Below, in pieces: positions 34,768-36,301 of a DNA stretch of 36,301 nt. The notes under the pieces were generated by a model that saw only the letters and a list, made by a program, of their open reading frames with translations, had not been told where the DNA came from and did no database searches. Source of the DNA: a virus (lineage: Duplodnaviria > Caudoviricetes); IMG/VR virus record IMGVR_UViG_3300020045_002765, positions 1-36,301 of that record; one strand, 5' to 3'. The number at the start of each line of letters is the position of its first letter. Positions within the stretch are counted from its first letter, which is position 1. The translations under genes and the position numbers were made by a program.

Positions 34768-35688
34768 ATGGAAACACAAACAACACTTAAAGATCAGATT
34801 AGTAACAACATAAAGCGCAGGTTTATTGAGTTGACGGACTCAAAAACTTTTGATACAGAGTTGAGTTTTGCCCTTCAGCATATCGAGAGGAATCCGCAAC
34901 TGAAAAAAGCAACAGTTGAAAGCAATATTTTGGCAGTACTCAACATTGCTCAAACAGGACTGACGCTGAATCCTGTTTTGAAGCACGCATACCTTGTGCC
35001 GCGCACCCGCAAGGTAGGTGAGCAGTGGATTGTTGAGACTTGTTTAGAGCCTTCTTATCAGGGGCTTTGCAAATTAGTAACCGACACCGGGAGCGCAAAA
35101 AGAATATACGCCCAATTGGTTTACGAGGGTGACGACTTTGAAGTAAGTTTTGGAACGGCCAACGCGATAACACACCGCCCTAAATTCAAAACAAAAATAG
35201 TTACGCATGTGTACATGGTTGCGGTTTTGTCGGACAATTCCAACATGATCGAAGTTATGACCGCCGAAGAAATAAACGACATTCGCGGTCGTTCTGAATC
35301 TTACAAAGCCTTTGAGGCGAAAAAATTAAAGTCATGCGTTTGGGTTACCGACTTTGGCGAAATGGCACGCAAAACTGTTATCCGTCGAGGGATAAAATAC
35401 CTTCCAAAAACAGAAATGTGGGATCGCGTAGGTGAGGCGGTTAATCTGGACGAGTCCGATTATCGCGCAACCGATGACCAAATAAATTACATAGAATCTC
35501 TTTTAATGACCGCTGTTATTAGTCCTGAAGAACAGTCAAATATCTTCAGAGAACTGACAACGATGTCAGCAGATCGCGCCCGCGAAGTTATTGACAGACT
35601 TCGGGAAAATCAGTTAGACCCAATTGCATCAGGAACAAATTACGATCAGGGCGATATTGCCCGCAAACTAAAAAAAGAAATACAATGA
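34768..35688 (+). CDS. recT: RecT/Red-beta family recombinase
   Basis: A..GL.LNP....AYLVP, SYQG...L, VYEGD.F, W..DF.EMARKTV.RR..KYLP. Confidence 0.92.
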   Translation: METQTTLKDQISNNIKRRFIELTDSKTFDTELSFALQHIERNPQLKKATVESNILAVLNIAQTGLTLNPVLKHAYLVPRTRKVGEQWIVETCLEPSYQGLCKLVTDTGSAKRIYAQLVYEGDDFEVSFGTANAITHRPKFKTKIVTHVYMVAVLSDNSNMIEVMTAEEINDIRGRSESYKAFEAKKLKSCVWVTDFGEMARKTVIRRGIKYLPKTEMWDRVGEAVNLDESDYRATDDQINYIESLLMTAVISPEEQSNIFRELTTMSADRAREVIDRLRENQLDPIASGTNYDQGDIARKLKKEIQ

Positions 35689-35996
35689 GTTCATTAATTT
35701 CACTTTACCTAAAAAAAGAAACCCTAAAAACCCTTTTGGACACAGTAGAAAAAAAAGGAGGCAAGGGAGTTGAGTTAACCATATCGCTCAATGATGAAAC
35801 AAATCAGTATGGGCAAAACGTAGCGGCGTATGTGGCTCAAACCAAAGGCCAGCGAGAAGAAAAAAAGGAAAGGTTCTACGTTGGAAATGGCAAAGTATTT
35901 TGGACAAACGGCACTGTTTCGTTGCCCACTTCAAATGACCCTGAAGAACAGGGCGCAGATATTTCAGGAACCGATACGGACGATTTACCTTTTTGA
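35685..35996 (+). CDS. Putative ssDNA-binding protein
   Basis: YGQN, Q.K..RE....YVGNGK and acidic DDLPF C-terminus, directly after RecT. Confidence 0.7.
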   Translation: MSSLISLYLKKETLKTLLDTVEKKGGKGVELTISLNDETNQYGQNVAAYVAQTKGQREEKKERFYVGNGKVFWTNGTVSLPTSNDPEEQGADISGTDTDDLPF

Positions 35997-35997
35997 T

Positions 35998-36231
35998 ATG
36001 AGCGAACTACAACTATTAAACAAACTGATTGATCGTGAATTAACGCCAACAGAAAAACGCGGAATCGACAACGCCAAAGAGAAAATACAGGCCACAATGT
36101 TTAACTTCGATGGGGAGTTACGATCAGATAACGAAAGATTATTCTGGCTCGAAGATATGCTAACCCGTGCCTGTATAGATTTGGAAATGTACCGGGAGAA
36201 ATTAGGTGAGTGTCAAAAAATGAAACGATGA
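35998..36231 (+). CDS. Hypothetical protein (MSELQLL...)
   Basis: ATG at 35998 follows the SSB stop; the upstream extension in the ORF track is probably spurious. Confidence 0.6.
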   Translation: MSELQLLNKLIDRELTPTEKRGIDNAKEKIQATMFNFDGELRSDNERLFWLEDMLTRACIDLEMYREKLGECQKMKR

Positions 36232-36301
36232 AAAACATTCAAGAATTATTATCGAAACAAAACCTAGATGCTTGCCAAGAAGCAAGGGAATGGGCATCGG
36301 A
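36228..36301 (+). CDS. 5' end of a hypothetical protein (MKNIQELLSKQNLDACQEAREWAS, partial)
   Basis: ATGA overlap; open to the window end. Confidence 0.6.
   Translation, partial: MKNIQELLSKQNLDACQEAREWAS

Noticed and set aside
1-36301. Complete circular genome or terminal repeats
   Set aside because: The ends share no visible overlap and both cut through ORFs, so some sequence is missing.
1-36301. Stop-codon reassignment
   Set aside because: Genes are full length and tightly packed in the standard code, with TAA, TGA and TAG all used as stops.

Overview
This window is most of the genome of a tailed dsDNA phage with a probable Bacteroidota host. The host call rests on TAnnTTTG promoters, AT-rich translation starts without Shine-Dalgarno sites, and Bacteroidetes-phage protein families. 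The two ends do not overlap, and both fall in the same + strand early/replication block: RecT and an SSB-like gene at the right end; initiator, loader-like gene, DUF1367 and a DNA methyltransferase at the left end. The - strand block (3847-34354) runs from small early genes and NinG through a cluster of 4 glycosyltransferases plus a methyltransferase, an ECF-like sigma factor, terminase, tail genes, tape measure, protease, scaffold, capsid, tail tube, portal, adaptor and tail fibre to lysis genes. I saw no integrase or tRNA. The most notable signals are: (1) two AT-rich genes packaged like integron cassettes between TAAC...GTTA attC-like hairpins, with no integrase in the window; (2) an ORF-free, highly base-paired region of about 390 nt behind a host promoter, just upstream of the head genes; (3) a motif TAACATTT-N9-CATCGTT found three times, a likely target of the phage sigma factor; (4) a DUF6948-like gene coupled to a (Gly-X)n peptide; (5) a -1 frameshift tail chaperone far from the tape measure gene. 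Family names come from motif recognition by eye, not from database searches.
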